Below the pieces are notes generated by a model that was not told the DNA's origin, searched no databases, and saw only the letters and a list, made by a program, of their open reading frames with translations. 64,000 bases of DNA, from IMG/VR virus record IMGVR_UViG_3300015261_000001, positions 124,001 to 188,000 of that record. One strand, 5' to 3'. Positions 55,912-64,000 of the stretch are shown one piece after another. Made by a program: the position numbers and the translations under genes. The first letter of the stretch is position 1, and each line of letters starts with the position of its first letter.

Positions 55912-56970
55912 TTACTCTGGTTGGTTAGGTTCGTCAGGCTTATCGAAGTCCTTGAGGCTTTCTACGGCTTCTTCGGCTTGACGGACGTGACGAGGTTTGA
56001 AGCCCGTGGTGTTAACGGCGTTCTCTGCTTGAGCACGGAGTTGGTCAGGTGTTAACTTATCCAGACCATCAGCCTCTGCATAAGCAAGGACTGTTTGTTC
56101 CACCGGCAGAGGCAGGTTCAGTGGTGGTACTTCCCCGGTAGGGTTTTCACGCATGAAGTAAGCCAGCTGAGCTTTACGGTGAGCGTACTCACCTTGGAAC
56201 GGACTGTCTAACACAGGGTCAGTCTTGTCCAAACCCTTCAGATCACCCGGTGTCAGATAGCTAAGGCCCGACGCTTTGATCAGCATACTTTCAACGTTGG
56301 CTTCACTGACAACACTGGGGGTATCGAGGTCACGGTACAAACGGGCACGGCTCAGGTTACTCCCCATGCCCGGACGACCAAAGCGACCACCACCGAGTAC
56401 AACGATATCATTCAGCGAACCGTCAGGGTTACGAGGTGCATCAGGATCAATGCTTACCTCTACACCCGGCTCACCCCTTGACCGTTTCCAATTTTCCATC
56501 TCTTCTACAGTCAGACGCTTCATTGCAGGGTTTGGTATCTCCCCATCAAGTTCAACGCCTGTCTTGCCAGCACCAACCTTCAGCCGACCGACGAACTGTT
56601 GGTTCTGCGGCTCATCAGCCGCGTTGTCAGCCTTGGCTTGGATCAGTGTGGTCATGTGGTCGCCAATGCTCACACGAGCTTCACCAGGCTTACGCAGTGG
56701 GTAAACACCGCCCAGCGCATGAAACGTGATGAACGCAGCCTCAGCGTCTGCGCCGTGCATCATTTCAACTACTTGCGGATACTTCTTGATGAAGTGACGA
56801 TTTTGGTAGCAGAAGTCCAACGTGTTAGCAATTTCTGCCAGCTTACTCACGTCACCTTGCATGTTGCGCCAGCACTCCACGAAACCTTCTACCGCTTCAT
56901 CGGTATGCTTGTGACCTTTGAAGTGGAATTGGTTGAGGAGTTTGGCAATACGGAGATGTTTCTTACGCAT
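55912..56970 (-). CDS. Hypothetical multi-segment protein
   Basis: 352 aa; the N-terminus MRKKHLRIAKLL resembles paralogs 1 and 2. Confidence 0.65.
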   Translation of the reverse strand: MRKKHLRIAKLLNQFHFKGHKHTDEAVEGFVECWRNMQGDVSKLAEIANTLDFCYQNRHFIKKYPQVVEMMHGADAEAAFITFHALGGVYPLRKPGEARVSIGDHMTTLIQAKADNAADEPQNQQFVGRLKVGAGKTGVELDGEIPNPAMKRLTVEEMENWKRSRGEPGVEVSIDPDAPRNPDGSLNDIVVLGGGRFGRPGMGSNLSRARLYRDLDTPSVVSEANVESMLIKASGLSYLTPGDLKGLDKTDPVLDSPFQGEYAHRKAQLAYFMRENPTGEVPPLNLPLPVEQTVLAYAEADGLDKLTPDQLRAQAENAVNTTGFKPRHVRQAEEAVESLKDFDKPDEPNQPE

Positions 56971-56982
56971 GACGAGTACCTT

Positions 56983-57300
56983 TTAAACTTGAATGAGAAT
57001 GCTGGAGAGATAAACGTCGTCGATAAAAGCAACTACCAAGCGCTGACTCTGCTTCAACTCTTGGTAGGCTTTCAGGACGTCCGAAGGATTAACCACAAAC
57101 AAATGAGCAGTGTCATCTGCACAGGGTACTTCCAAACAGAAGCCACGCACAAATTCATCTACTGGTTCATCTTTGAGGATGCACTCAGTACCGAATTTGT
57201 ACTCAACCATCCATTCACGGCCGATCAGCTTAATACCGCTGTCAAGCGTGAATACGACGCTATCGTTGTCATCACTGGGGGTTGGGAAGGGAGTACTCAT
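56983..57300 (-). CDS. Hypothetical protein
   Basis: 105 aa; overlapping cluster. Confidence 0.6.
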   Translation of the reverse strand: MSTPFPTPSDDNDSVVFTLDSGIKLIGREWMVEYKFGTECILKDEPVDEFVRGFCLEVPCADDTAHLFVVNPSDVLKAYQELKQSQRLVVAFIDDVYLSSILIQV

Positions 57301-57953
57301 ATCAGCCTCCTAGCGCCAACCCAGACGCTCTTGTACAGAGGATTAGGCTCACGCAGTGTCTTAACCACCTGAAACATGTCTTTCTCATCAAAGAGGAAGA
57401 TAAATGTCTCTACTGCGATGAAGATGTCGCCATCCGGTGCAGGTGCGAACACCGGCGTTCCATGATGATCCACCCACTTCATTTTGATATCAGGGCAGAA
57501 GCACAACGCGTACTCTTTCGAGAACGTAGCGATCTCCTGCTTGATCTGATAATCCCATCCCAAGGACAAAGCGTACAGCTCGTCCATCAGACACGTTATT
57601 CCCCCCACAGTAATCAATACCAAATTACCGTAGTTCTGCTCAATACCGCTGCGATCCTTCTGCACCACTCGGCGCGCCAGATCAGCAGCAGTAGGTTTGT
57701 ACCAATCGATCGGCTCGTCGACCGGCAGGTCTGGAACCAACTGGAGACTACGCAATTGCTCCAGACCTTCACCGATCATACCGCTTTGGTCACCGTGCAT
57801 CGAAACATGATGCTCAGTTTCCGTGATAACCTTCCGAAGACTTTCAGTCATATCGAAAGGCTTTTGGTTCAACGCTTTGGCTGCGGAAGGATTCTCCATA
57901 GCCGCATCGTAAAGACCCCCTAGTCCTTCGATCCCCTCGTTCTTATCAACCAT
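57297..57953 (-). CDS. Hypothetical protein
   Basis: 218 aa; overlaps both neighbours. Confidence 0.65.
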   Translation of the reverse strand: MVDKNEGIEGLGGLYDAAMENPSAAKALNQKPFDMTESLRKVITETEHHVSMHGDQSGMIGEGLEQLRSLQLVPDLPVDEPIDWYKPTAADLARRVVQKDRSGIEQNYGNLVLITVGGITCLMDELYALSLGWDYQIKQEIATFSKEYALCFCPDIKMKWVDHHGTPVFAPAPDGDIFIAVETFIFLFDEKDMFQVVKTLREPNPLYKSVWVGARRLI

Positions 57954-58191
57954 GTCTTACCACCCCTTGTTTGTTTTCGTTGGGTTCATATTGCAGTTTG
58001 TCGAGACGAGCTTGCATTAGTGCCGCTTTGTTACGAGTTTCCCGGCTCTTATCCCTCAGATAGCGACGCTCCCGAGTGCAAGTAGAAGCGCCCGCCATAC
58101 GGGAGAGCTTAGCTGCTTCTCGGGTAAGAGACGTGATCCGGGAACTCAACATCTTGACGAGTTCTTCTACCTTAGTCATCTGATTCACCAT
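57946..58191 (-). CDS. Small basic coiled-coil protein, first gene of the early cluster
   Basis: 81 aa, Arg/Lys-rich; starts 28 nt after the promoter motif. Confidence 0.55.
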   Translation of the reverse strand: MVNQMTKVEELVKMLSSRITSLTREAAKLSRMAGASTCTRERRYLRDKSRETRNKAALMQARLDKLQYEPNENKQGVVRHG

Positions 58192-58218
58192 TACAGAAAG
58201 TGATTGTTATTCAGATTA

Positions 58219-58228
58219 GTAATATAGG
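58219..58228 (-). promoter_or_regulatory. Putative phage early promoter (CCTATATTAC) driving the 50.6-58.2 kb cluster
   Basis: Exact motif in an AT-rich intergenic region; 22 of 24 flanking bases match the 32755 copy. Confidence 0.65.
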
Positions 58229-58361
58229 TTTCAAATACACTCCAAGTTAATGCAAAATCATACAAGCAGGGTCAAAAGGATAGAAAGCTTAGTTCTATTT
58301 TATTTGGCAATTTTATGGTCTCTGACCCCTCCACTCCTTTAGCAGCGCGGATAACCTAACC

Positions 58362-58943
58362 ATGGCCTTTCCAAATGATCAATTGTTCTTGGATCGGTTC
58401 ATCGCTTTCAACAAAAGGCGGTACGTCGATGAACCAGCATTCGTAAGTAAACTCAACTCCCTCACGCTCGACACTATCCAGTTTTCCAACTTCCGCAAGG
58501 TAGAGATCGAACCTGGGGTTGTGGCTCACCTCGTCGACGTTGACTCGGCCGGCATCCTCACAGGGGATGGGCAGCAGTACCTCCCTGCGGACTATGTCAA
58601 GAACGGTCCAGCAGAACTGGAAGAACCTGATCCCGTTGCCATGGATGCGCTTGAACGTAAAGGGGTACAGGGGATCTTCTTCCTCGGTGTAAGTCCTGAG
58701 GACACCGTGGGTGCGGTGCTTGTCTACAACGGCAAGAAAACACCAGAGAACATCAAAGCCATTGTCATGGAGAAGTGCTACTTCGAACTGACGGACGCGG
58801 ACATTACCATCGATGAGGACCTGACACTGGTCACCATTGACTCGCGCACTATTGGCGGTGTCCTTCAAGTAGTCGAAGGTCTCTACGACGACATCCCTCG
58901 TTATAACGGACAGTTCCGTTACGACGGCACCATTAGTTACTAA
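58362..58943 (+). CDS. Putative virion/tail-fibre-associated protein
   Basis: 193 aa, directly upstream of the fibre gene; ends YNGQFRYDGTISY, a motif typical of fibre/baseplate-associated proteins. Confidence 0.55.
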   Translation: MAFPNDQLFLDRFIAFNKRRYVDEPAFVSKLNSLTLDTIQFSNFRKVEIEPGVVAHLVDVDSAGILTGDGQQYLPADYVKNGPAELEEPDPVAMDALERKGVQGIFFLGVSPEDTVGAVLVYNGKKTPENIKAIVMEKCYFELTDADITIDEDLTLVTIDSRTIGGVLQVVEGLYDDIPRYNGQFRYDGTISY

Positions 58944-58954
58944 GCCAGAGGAAT

Positions 58955-61900
58955 TTGTATATGGCTCTCGATGACGATAGCGTAACACCCGGCGAGTTGC
59001 CGGCGATTGTAGAAGAAGCCGTATGGGAAGAACACCTTCCCGCGGTCGTCACTGGCGTTAAAGTCCGTGGCGGCGATGACGGCAAAGGTGCTGCTAACTT
59101 CCAGGCTCGAGTGTTGGACGCTCGTACCCGTTACCTGAAGGAAGCATTCCAGGCACTGGTGGTTGGTGGTCTGAACGTAATCGGTACGCTTAACAGCCAA
59201 GCCGAGTTGGACGCCATCCCAACCGAAGACCTGAACAAAGGTGATGCGTACTTTGTTGAAGGCTCTTTGTGTGTCTGGAACCTGACTGAATGGGTGAACT
59301 CTGGTTCCCTGCTCGGTCCACGCGGCATCACCCTGCTCGGCACTTGGCCTGACAACCAAGCACTGCCGGACCACACTCTGAACGAGGTAGGTGACGCCTA
59401 CATCTGGAAGAATGACATCTGGCTGCTCATTCCTCAGCCTGATGGCTGGGTGACGATTGGTTTGAAGGGTGATGCCGGTAAAGATGCTTACCAGATTGCT
59501 GTCGATGCTGGCTTCCAAGGTACTCGTCCGCAATGGCTCGCTAGCTTGGTAGGCAAAAGCACCTACCAAATCTGGTTGGACCAAGGCAACGAAGGTACCG
59601 AAGCCGACTTCCTGCTCAGCCTGAAAGGCGCTGCTGGTAGTGTTGGTTCGGTAAAGGTTCTCGGCACACTGAACAGTCAAGCTGAACTCGACGCTATCCC
59701 TACCGAGGGTCTGGCGGAAGGTACTGCTTACTTCGTCACGGGTTCCCTGCGCGTATGGAACGGTGTTGACTGGTCTGACTCCGGTTCTCTGTTGGGTGAC
59801 CGCGGTGTGACATTGCTGGGCACCTGGCCTGATGCGCAAGCACTGCCACCAGTCAATGCTGTTTCTGTTGGTGACGCTTACATCTGGAAAAACGACCTGT
59901 GGTTGTTGGTGCCAGGTGGCGACGGTAGCGACCCTGAGGCAGATCCTGTCTGGAGTTCTATCGGTCTGGAAGGTCCTGAAGGTAAGTCGGCGTATCAGGT
60001 ATGGCTGGATAACGGTCACGTTGGTACTCAGCCCCAGTTCCTGCAAAGCCTGGTCGGTAAGTCTTCTTACCAAACCTGGTTGGATCAGGGTAACACCGGT
60101 AATGAACAAGCGTTCCTCGATACGCTGAAGTCGACTACCAAAGGCGATCCAGGTCCTGAAGGTCCTGCTCGTTCTCCTTTCGAGGTGAAGGGTGCCAAGG
60201 CTGATGAGTCGCTGCTGCCTACTCCGGGTACTGCAACTGAAGCCTGGTACGTTGGTAGCCACCTGTACGTGTGGGTAACCGACCAAGCCCAATACGTGGA
60301 CCTCGGTTCGGTTGGTGGTCTGTCGGCCTACGACCTCGCAGTAGAAGACGGCTTCGGCGGTACGCTGCAACAGTGGCTTGTTTCGTTGAAGTCGACTGTG
60401 CCAGGTCCTGAGGGTCCGAAAGGTCAGAACTTGACCGTTAAAGGCACCGTGGCCAACGCTCCTCAACTGGGCAATATCCAAAACCCAGAAGAGCAAGATG
60501 GTTACGTTACTGCTGACGACGGCCACCTGCACATCCTTACCGAAGGCATTTGGGTGGATGTGGGTCCATTCCGTGGTCAGTCGACTTACCAGCTCTGGCT
60601 GGATAACGGCCACAGTGGTTCCGAGAACGAGTTCCTGGCTTCGCTGAAAGGGACTAACGGTACTAACGGCACCAACATCGTCATCAAGGGTTCGGTCTCC
60701 ACCTATGGATCCCTGCCGGCTTCTCCTGAAGAACAGGACGTCTACGCCGTTCGTGACACCAACACTCTGTACGCGCGCATCAATGCTGCCTGGGTAAACC
60801 TCGGTCAATTCCGTGGTGAAGACGGTAACGATGGTGCTCCGGGTGCCAACGGTTCTTCGATCACAATCATCAAGATCCTGACTGCCGAAGATGCTGATGT
60901 TCCCAACCCGGTAACCAACGGCGGTAAAGCCTACGTTGACCTGGACAAGCATCTCCAGATCTCTCTGGGTGGCGTGTGGGTCGATTGCGGTCCGGTTGGT
61001 GCTCCTGGTGAGCGCGGTATCCAAGGTATCGGTCTGAAGCTGCGTGGTACCGTTCCAGGTCCTACGTATCTGCCTCTCCCGGCAAATTCTGAAGAAGGCG
61101 ACGGTTGGTTCACTTCCAACGACAAGATGCTGTATGTCTTGACCGACGGCGAGTGGGATGGTCCGTACGACATCACCGGTCTTCCTGGTCCTCAGGGTAA
61201 CGATGGCGAGAAGGGTGAAGCCGGTACCTCGATCAACATCTTGGGCGCATACCCTACGCTGGCCGCGCTGGAAACCGCTGTTCCTACCGGTTCGCTGGGT
61301 GACGGCTATCTGGTTGGTGACAACCTGGCCATCTGGACTACCGCTAACGGCGGTGAGTGGATCGACATCGGTCTGGTTCGTGGCCCTCAGGGTATCCAGG
61401 GTGTTCCTGGTCCTATCGGCATCGGCAAGAAAGGTGACAAGGGTGAGAAAGGTTCGTCCTGGATCACTCTGCCTGCTGGTGTTGATGCCCCAAGCGCAGG
61501 TTTCACCGGTAACATTGGTGACTGGGCCGTATCCGACAGCTTCAAGGTTTACTACAAGTCGGCTTTGTCGGGCTGGGTATATTGGGGTCAACTGGTTGCG
61601 GGTGATGTTAACTCGCCACAGCTGTCCGCTGGTAAAGTGGTCCGTCTCGGTAACGAGTGGGTAATGCTGCCTGTTGACGAAGCTCCTGCCATGATTGCTG
61701 GCAAGCTGTATGTCCGTCAGTTGATCGAAGGTAGCGAAACCAACGAAGGTGAGTGGGTAGAACTGGAGTTCCCTCCTCAGTTCGACGAACCACCGGCTGA
61801 CAGCCAGCCGTACATGCGTGTGCGTCTCAACGGTCAGGAGGTCGGTTCCTGGGGTGCTTACAACGCTCCTACGATCGGTAGCTTGGGTGGTGTTCCACTG

Positions 61901-62761
61901 ACAGCTCTGGGTGTTACGGTAGCGACGCTTGTCAACGGTACTGTTCCAGCGGGTCAACTGCCGAGCTATGTCGATGATGTGTTGGAGTTCGCTAACCAAG
62001 CGGCCTTCCCTGCTACTGGTGAAACCGGGAAGATCTACATCTCCTTGGCCACCAACGCCCAGTTCCGCTGGACAGGTAGTGTGTACATCGGCCTGGTAGC
62101 TTCTCCGGGAACTACTGACGCTGTGCCAGAGGGTGCAACTAACCTCTACTACACGCCGGCGCGAGTGCGGTCTACTCCGTTGGCAGGTGTCAGCTTCGGT
62201 ACTGGTGGGGTTATCACAGCAGCCGACACGGTACTTACCGCGTTCGGTAAACTTCAGGCGCAGATCACTGCATTCGTACCTGGTTTCGCTGACGTTCCGA
62301 CGGATACCAACCTGTATCTGCGTAAGGGTGACAAGACGTGGGTGGTTTACACTGCACCTACTCCTGGTATCTCTGGCCCGGCTGGCGGTGCGGACAACAA
62401 GACGTACGTCTACAAAAACAACGCGTGGATCGAGTTCAACCGTTATGACTTGCCTATCAAGTCTATTTCGGCGACGGCCACCATCGATGCTTCTGTGGAT
62501 CAGTTCGTCCTCATCAACAACACCGGCGCTACTGCCAAAACCATTACCCTGAGCGATGGTCCGAAAGCTCCTGCCCGTGCAATGATCGTCGTAGTGAAGA
62601 TCAATGGCGCGGCGGGTGTTATCACGTTCGCTCCTACCGGTGCTACGGTGCTCGTGTGGGGCGGCGGTTCGCCACCTTCTCTGACGGGTAGCCGGACACA
62701 GATCACCTTCACCTGGGATGGTGTTGAGTGGACTGGCGCACCTGGTGCTGTGGTTCCTTAA
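58955..62761 (+). CDS. Long tail fibre protein with collagen-like Gly-X-Y and repeated modules
   Basis: 1268 aa; N-terminal GG..G.ANFQARVLDARTRYLK fibre anchor motif; GPQGIQGVPGPIGIGKKGDKGEKG; repeated SAYQ.W...G..GT...FL.SL.G and kGt.......Lp....GDaY modules. Confidence 0.85.
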   Translation: MYMALDDDSVTPGELPAIVEEAVWEEHLPAVVTGVKVRGGDDGKGAANFQARVLDARTRYLKEAFQALVVGGLNVIGTLNSQAELDAIPTEDLNKGDAYFVEGSLCVWNLTEWVNSGSLLGPRGITLLGTWPDNQALPDHTLNEVGDAYIWKNDIWLLIPQPDGWVTIGLKGDAGKDAYQIAVDAGFQGTRPQWLASLVGKSTYQIWLDQGNEGTEADFLLSLKGAAGSVGSVKVLGTLNSQAELDAIPTEGLAEGTAYFVTGSLRVWNGVDWSDSGSLLGDRGVTLLGTWPDAQALPPVNAVSVGDAYIWKNDLWLLVPGGDGSDPEADPVWSSIGLEGPEGKSAYQVWLDNGHVGTQPQFLQSLVGKSSYQTWLDQGNTGNEQAFLDTLKSTTKGDPGPEGPARSPFEVKGAKADESLLPTPGTATEAWYVGSHLYVWVTDQAQYVDLGSVGGLSAYDLAVEDGFGGTLQQWLVSLKSTVPGPEGPKGQNLTVKGTVANAPQLGNIQNPEEQDGYVTADDGHLHILTEGIWVDVGPFRGQSTYQLWLDNGHSGSENEFLASLKGTNGTNGTNIVIKGSVSTYGSLPASPEEQDVYAVRDTNTLYARINAAWVNLGQFRGEDGNDGAPGANGSSITIIKILTAEDADVPNPVTNGGKAYVDLDKHLQISLGGVWVDCGPVGAPGERGIQGIGLKLRGTVPGPTYLPLPANSEEGDGWFTSNDKMLYVLTDGEWDGPYDITGLPGPQGNDGEKGEAGTSINILGAYPTLAALETAVPTGSLGDGYLVGDNLAIWTTANGGEWIDIGLVRGPQGIQGVPGPIGIGKKGDKGEKGSSWITLPAGVDAPSAGFTGNIGDWAVSDSFKVYYKSALSGWVYWGQLVAGDVNSPQLSAGKVVRLGNEWVMLPVDEAPAMIAGKLYVRQLIEGSETNEGEWVELEFPPQFDEPPADSQPYMRVRLNGQEVGSWGAYNAPTIGSLGGVPLTALGVTVATLVNGTVPAGQLPSYVDDVLEFANQAAFPATGETGKIYISLATNAQFRWTGSVYIGLVASPGTTDAVPEGATNLYYTPARVRSTPLAGVSFGTGGVITAADTVLTAFGKLQAQITAFVPGFADVPTDTNLYLRKGDKTWVVYTAPTPGISGPAGGADNKTYVYKNNAWIEFNRYDLPIKSISATATIDASVDQFVLINNTGATAKTITLSDGPKAPARAMIVVVKINGAAGVITFAPTGATVLVWGGGSPPSLTGSRTQITFTWDGVEWTGAPGAVVP
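59183..59908 (+). repeat. Internal duplication in the fibre (82-aa modules at 59183-59428 and 59663-59908)
   Basis: GTLNSQAELDAIPTE...SGSLLG.RG.TLLGTWPD.QALP....VGDAYIWKND.WLL occurs twice, 480 nt apart. Confidence 0.9.
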
Positions 62762-62773
62762 CCGTTGAACACA

Positions 62774-62797
62774 GGGACCTCCTCTCGGGGAGGTTCC
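62774..62797 (+). terminator. Hairpin after the fibre gene
   Basis: GGGACCTCCT-CTCG-GGGAGGTTCC with G.U pairs on the + strand, followed by T-rich sequence. Confidence 0.6.
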
Positions 62798-62829
62798 TAG
62801 TGTTTACATTCTTTTAAAGGATCAAACAA

Positions 62830-64000
62830 ATGATCGAAGCCTTGCTTGGATTAGGAGTTAAACAAGGAGCCGCTGACAATTCTGACATACCTTTTCCAAC
62901 CGGTACGCCATTTAAAGGAATAACAAAGTCAGCGGACTTCATTTATGGAGATGGGCTAGCGGCACTCGTTGGTTTGTCGTCTGGCGCTCCTATGAACGTC
63001 GATGGCGGATGGCTTCATTTCATTGAAGATAGTGGGCTTGAGGTCTACATTGCCAAGAAACCTATTCGCTATGGCGCTACTCGTGAACAAATCATGGACG
63101 CCACGAATAATGGCGCTAAAGAAATTACAGTTCGTGGTGAAGTTTATATCTGCCGGCTTTTGACTGGCGCGATTTCTTCTGCGGCTGCCTCTACACCGGC
63201 TAACGCCGGCGGTGAGTGGAACCGTTACATGTACAACGTGTACGACAACACAGATCGAGGGGGTATTCCATCAGCCTTGATCTGGGGTAATTATACCCGA
63301 ACCATGTTGGGTCTTGGTGCTCCTGGCGGTACGGATCTGAGTGATGGTGTATTTACTATTTGTGCTGAACAATTAAGCAACGGTTTTTGTCTGCGGGGTA
63401 ACGACTGGCAGAATTCCAGTGGCAACCACCCAATCATGGGTATCTGGAACATGCCGGCAAACAACCCGCAAACGTATTACGGTTGGAGACCGATACTGAT
63501 CAAGAAATCTTCGATCCCTCCTACTCCGTTTAAAGGTGAAGTGGCGGGTGCTGACCTCATCACAGCCAATGACTTGGCGACAGCTCTGGGTATTACGGGC
63601 ACAGTGCCTCCAGATGCAAACCCAAACTGGCTGAAGTTTGTGGATAATGGTAAGACCCTGTACATCGCCAAGAAGCCGATGCGTACGGCAGTGTTGTGGG
63701 AAACACTTAATGCCGCAGGCGCTGTTAAAGGTAGCAAAATTATCACCATTGGTGGTAATCGTTACTCGGTTCGCTTGATGACAGGTGGCAATGGAGCAGA
63801 CCCAACCACCACTGGCGGTGGTGAGTACGATGCTTATTTCTCGCGTGTAACAGTTAACTATCCAGGCACTTCATCTGACCGTTGGGCTAACTACACTAAC
63901 GCGGATGTATACTGGTCAGGGAGTACAGGAAACGGGGAACTCACTCTTTGTCAAGAAATGTACTCCGGTAGTAATCCATTAACTCGGGGTTACCCTGGGT
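62830..64000 (+). CDS. Virion/tail protein with tandem phiKZ gp131-135-type domains (truncated by window end; absent from ORF track)
   Basis: Open frame from ATG 62830 to the window end; two copies of TPFKG...D.I....LA...G......N..WL.F......YIAKKP.R...RL.TG starting at 62905 and 63523; the first copy ends YGWRPIL. Confidence 0.8.
   Translation, partial: MIEALLGLGVKQGAADNSDIPFPTGTPFKGITKSADFIYGDGLAALVGLSSGAPMNVDGGWLHFIEDSGLEVYIAKKPIRYGATREQIMDATNNGAKEITVRGEVYICRLLTGAISSAAASTPANAGGEWNRYMYNVYDNTDRGGIPSALIWGNYTRTMLGLGAPGGTDLSDGVFTICAEQLSNGFCLRGNDWQNSSGNHPIMGIWNMPANNPQTYYGWRPILIKKSSIPPTPFKGEVAGADLITANDLATALGITGTVPPDANPNWLKFVDNGKTLYIAKKPMRTAVLWETLNAAGAVKGSKIITIGGNRYSVRLMTGGNGADPTTTGGGEYDAYFSRVTVNYPGTSSDRWANYTNADVYWSGSTGNGELTLCQEMYSGSNPLTRGYPG

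Noticed and set aside
59183-59908. Fibre duplication as a DGR template/variable repeat pair
   Set aside because: Differences are spread over synonymous sites rather than adenine-specific, both copies are in frame, and there is no reverse transcriptase in the window.
58940-61999. 1019-aa minus-strand ORF opposite the fibre gene
   Set aside because: Antisense shadow of a strongly biased, repetitive gene; no RBS or motifs, and the composition is typical of reverse-frame artefacts.
1-64000. tRNA/rRNA genes, group I introns or stop-codon reassignment
   Set aside because: No cloverleaf or rRNA-like stretch seen in the short intergenic gaps; the vRNAP and other core genes are uninterrupted under the standard code.

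Overview
64 kb segment of a phiKZ-like (Chimalliviridae, nucleus-forming type) jumbo phage genome, about 52% GC in core genes; a Pseudomonas-type host is inferred, not shown. It has no tRNA, rRNA or CRISPR array that I can see. Core content: tail tube; a block in the order of phiKZ gp175-gp182 (prohead protease, two head proteins, an inserted endolysin, virion RNA polymerase beta and beta' subunits, a 2782-aa tape-measure-like protein with GH19 and M15-like muralytic domains, a gp182-like tail protein); a block resembling phiKZ gp147-gp158 (vRNAP beta C-terminal subunit, UvsX/RecA, RNase H-like, structural genes); an SNF2-type helicase interrupted by an Ala-start class 3 intein; a head protein with protease sites; and tail fibre genes at the right end. 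Accessory content: dTMP kinase, a COG4112-type NUDIX hydrolase, a YgiB/YgiC-like pair (lipoprotein ending in Gly-Gly plus glutathionylspermidine-synthase-type ATP-grasp ligase), a PL7 alginate-lyase-like gene, and a ~7.6 kb early-type cluster of small genes containing a five-member divergent paralog family. A repeated CCTATATTAC motif (phiKZ early-promoter-like), a family of related terminators and a structured ~75-nt leader were read directly from intergenic DNA. All family and gene-number assignments come from motif recognition and recalled synteny; no database search was run.
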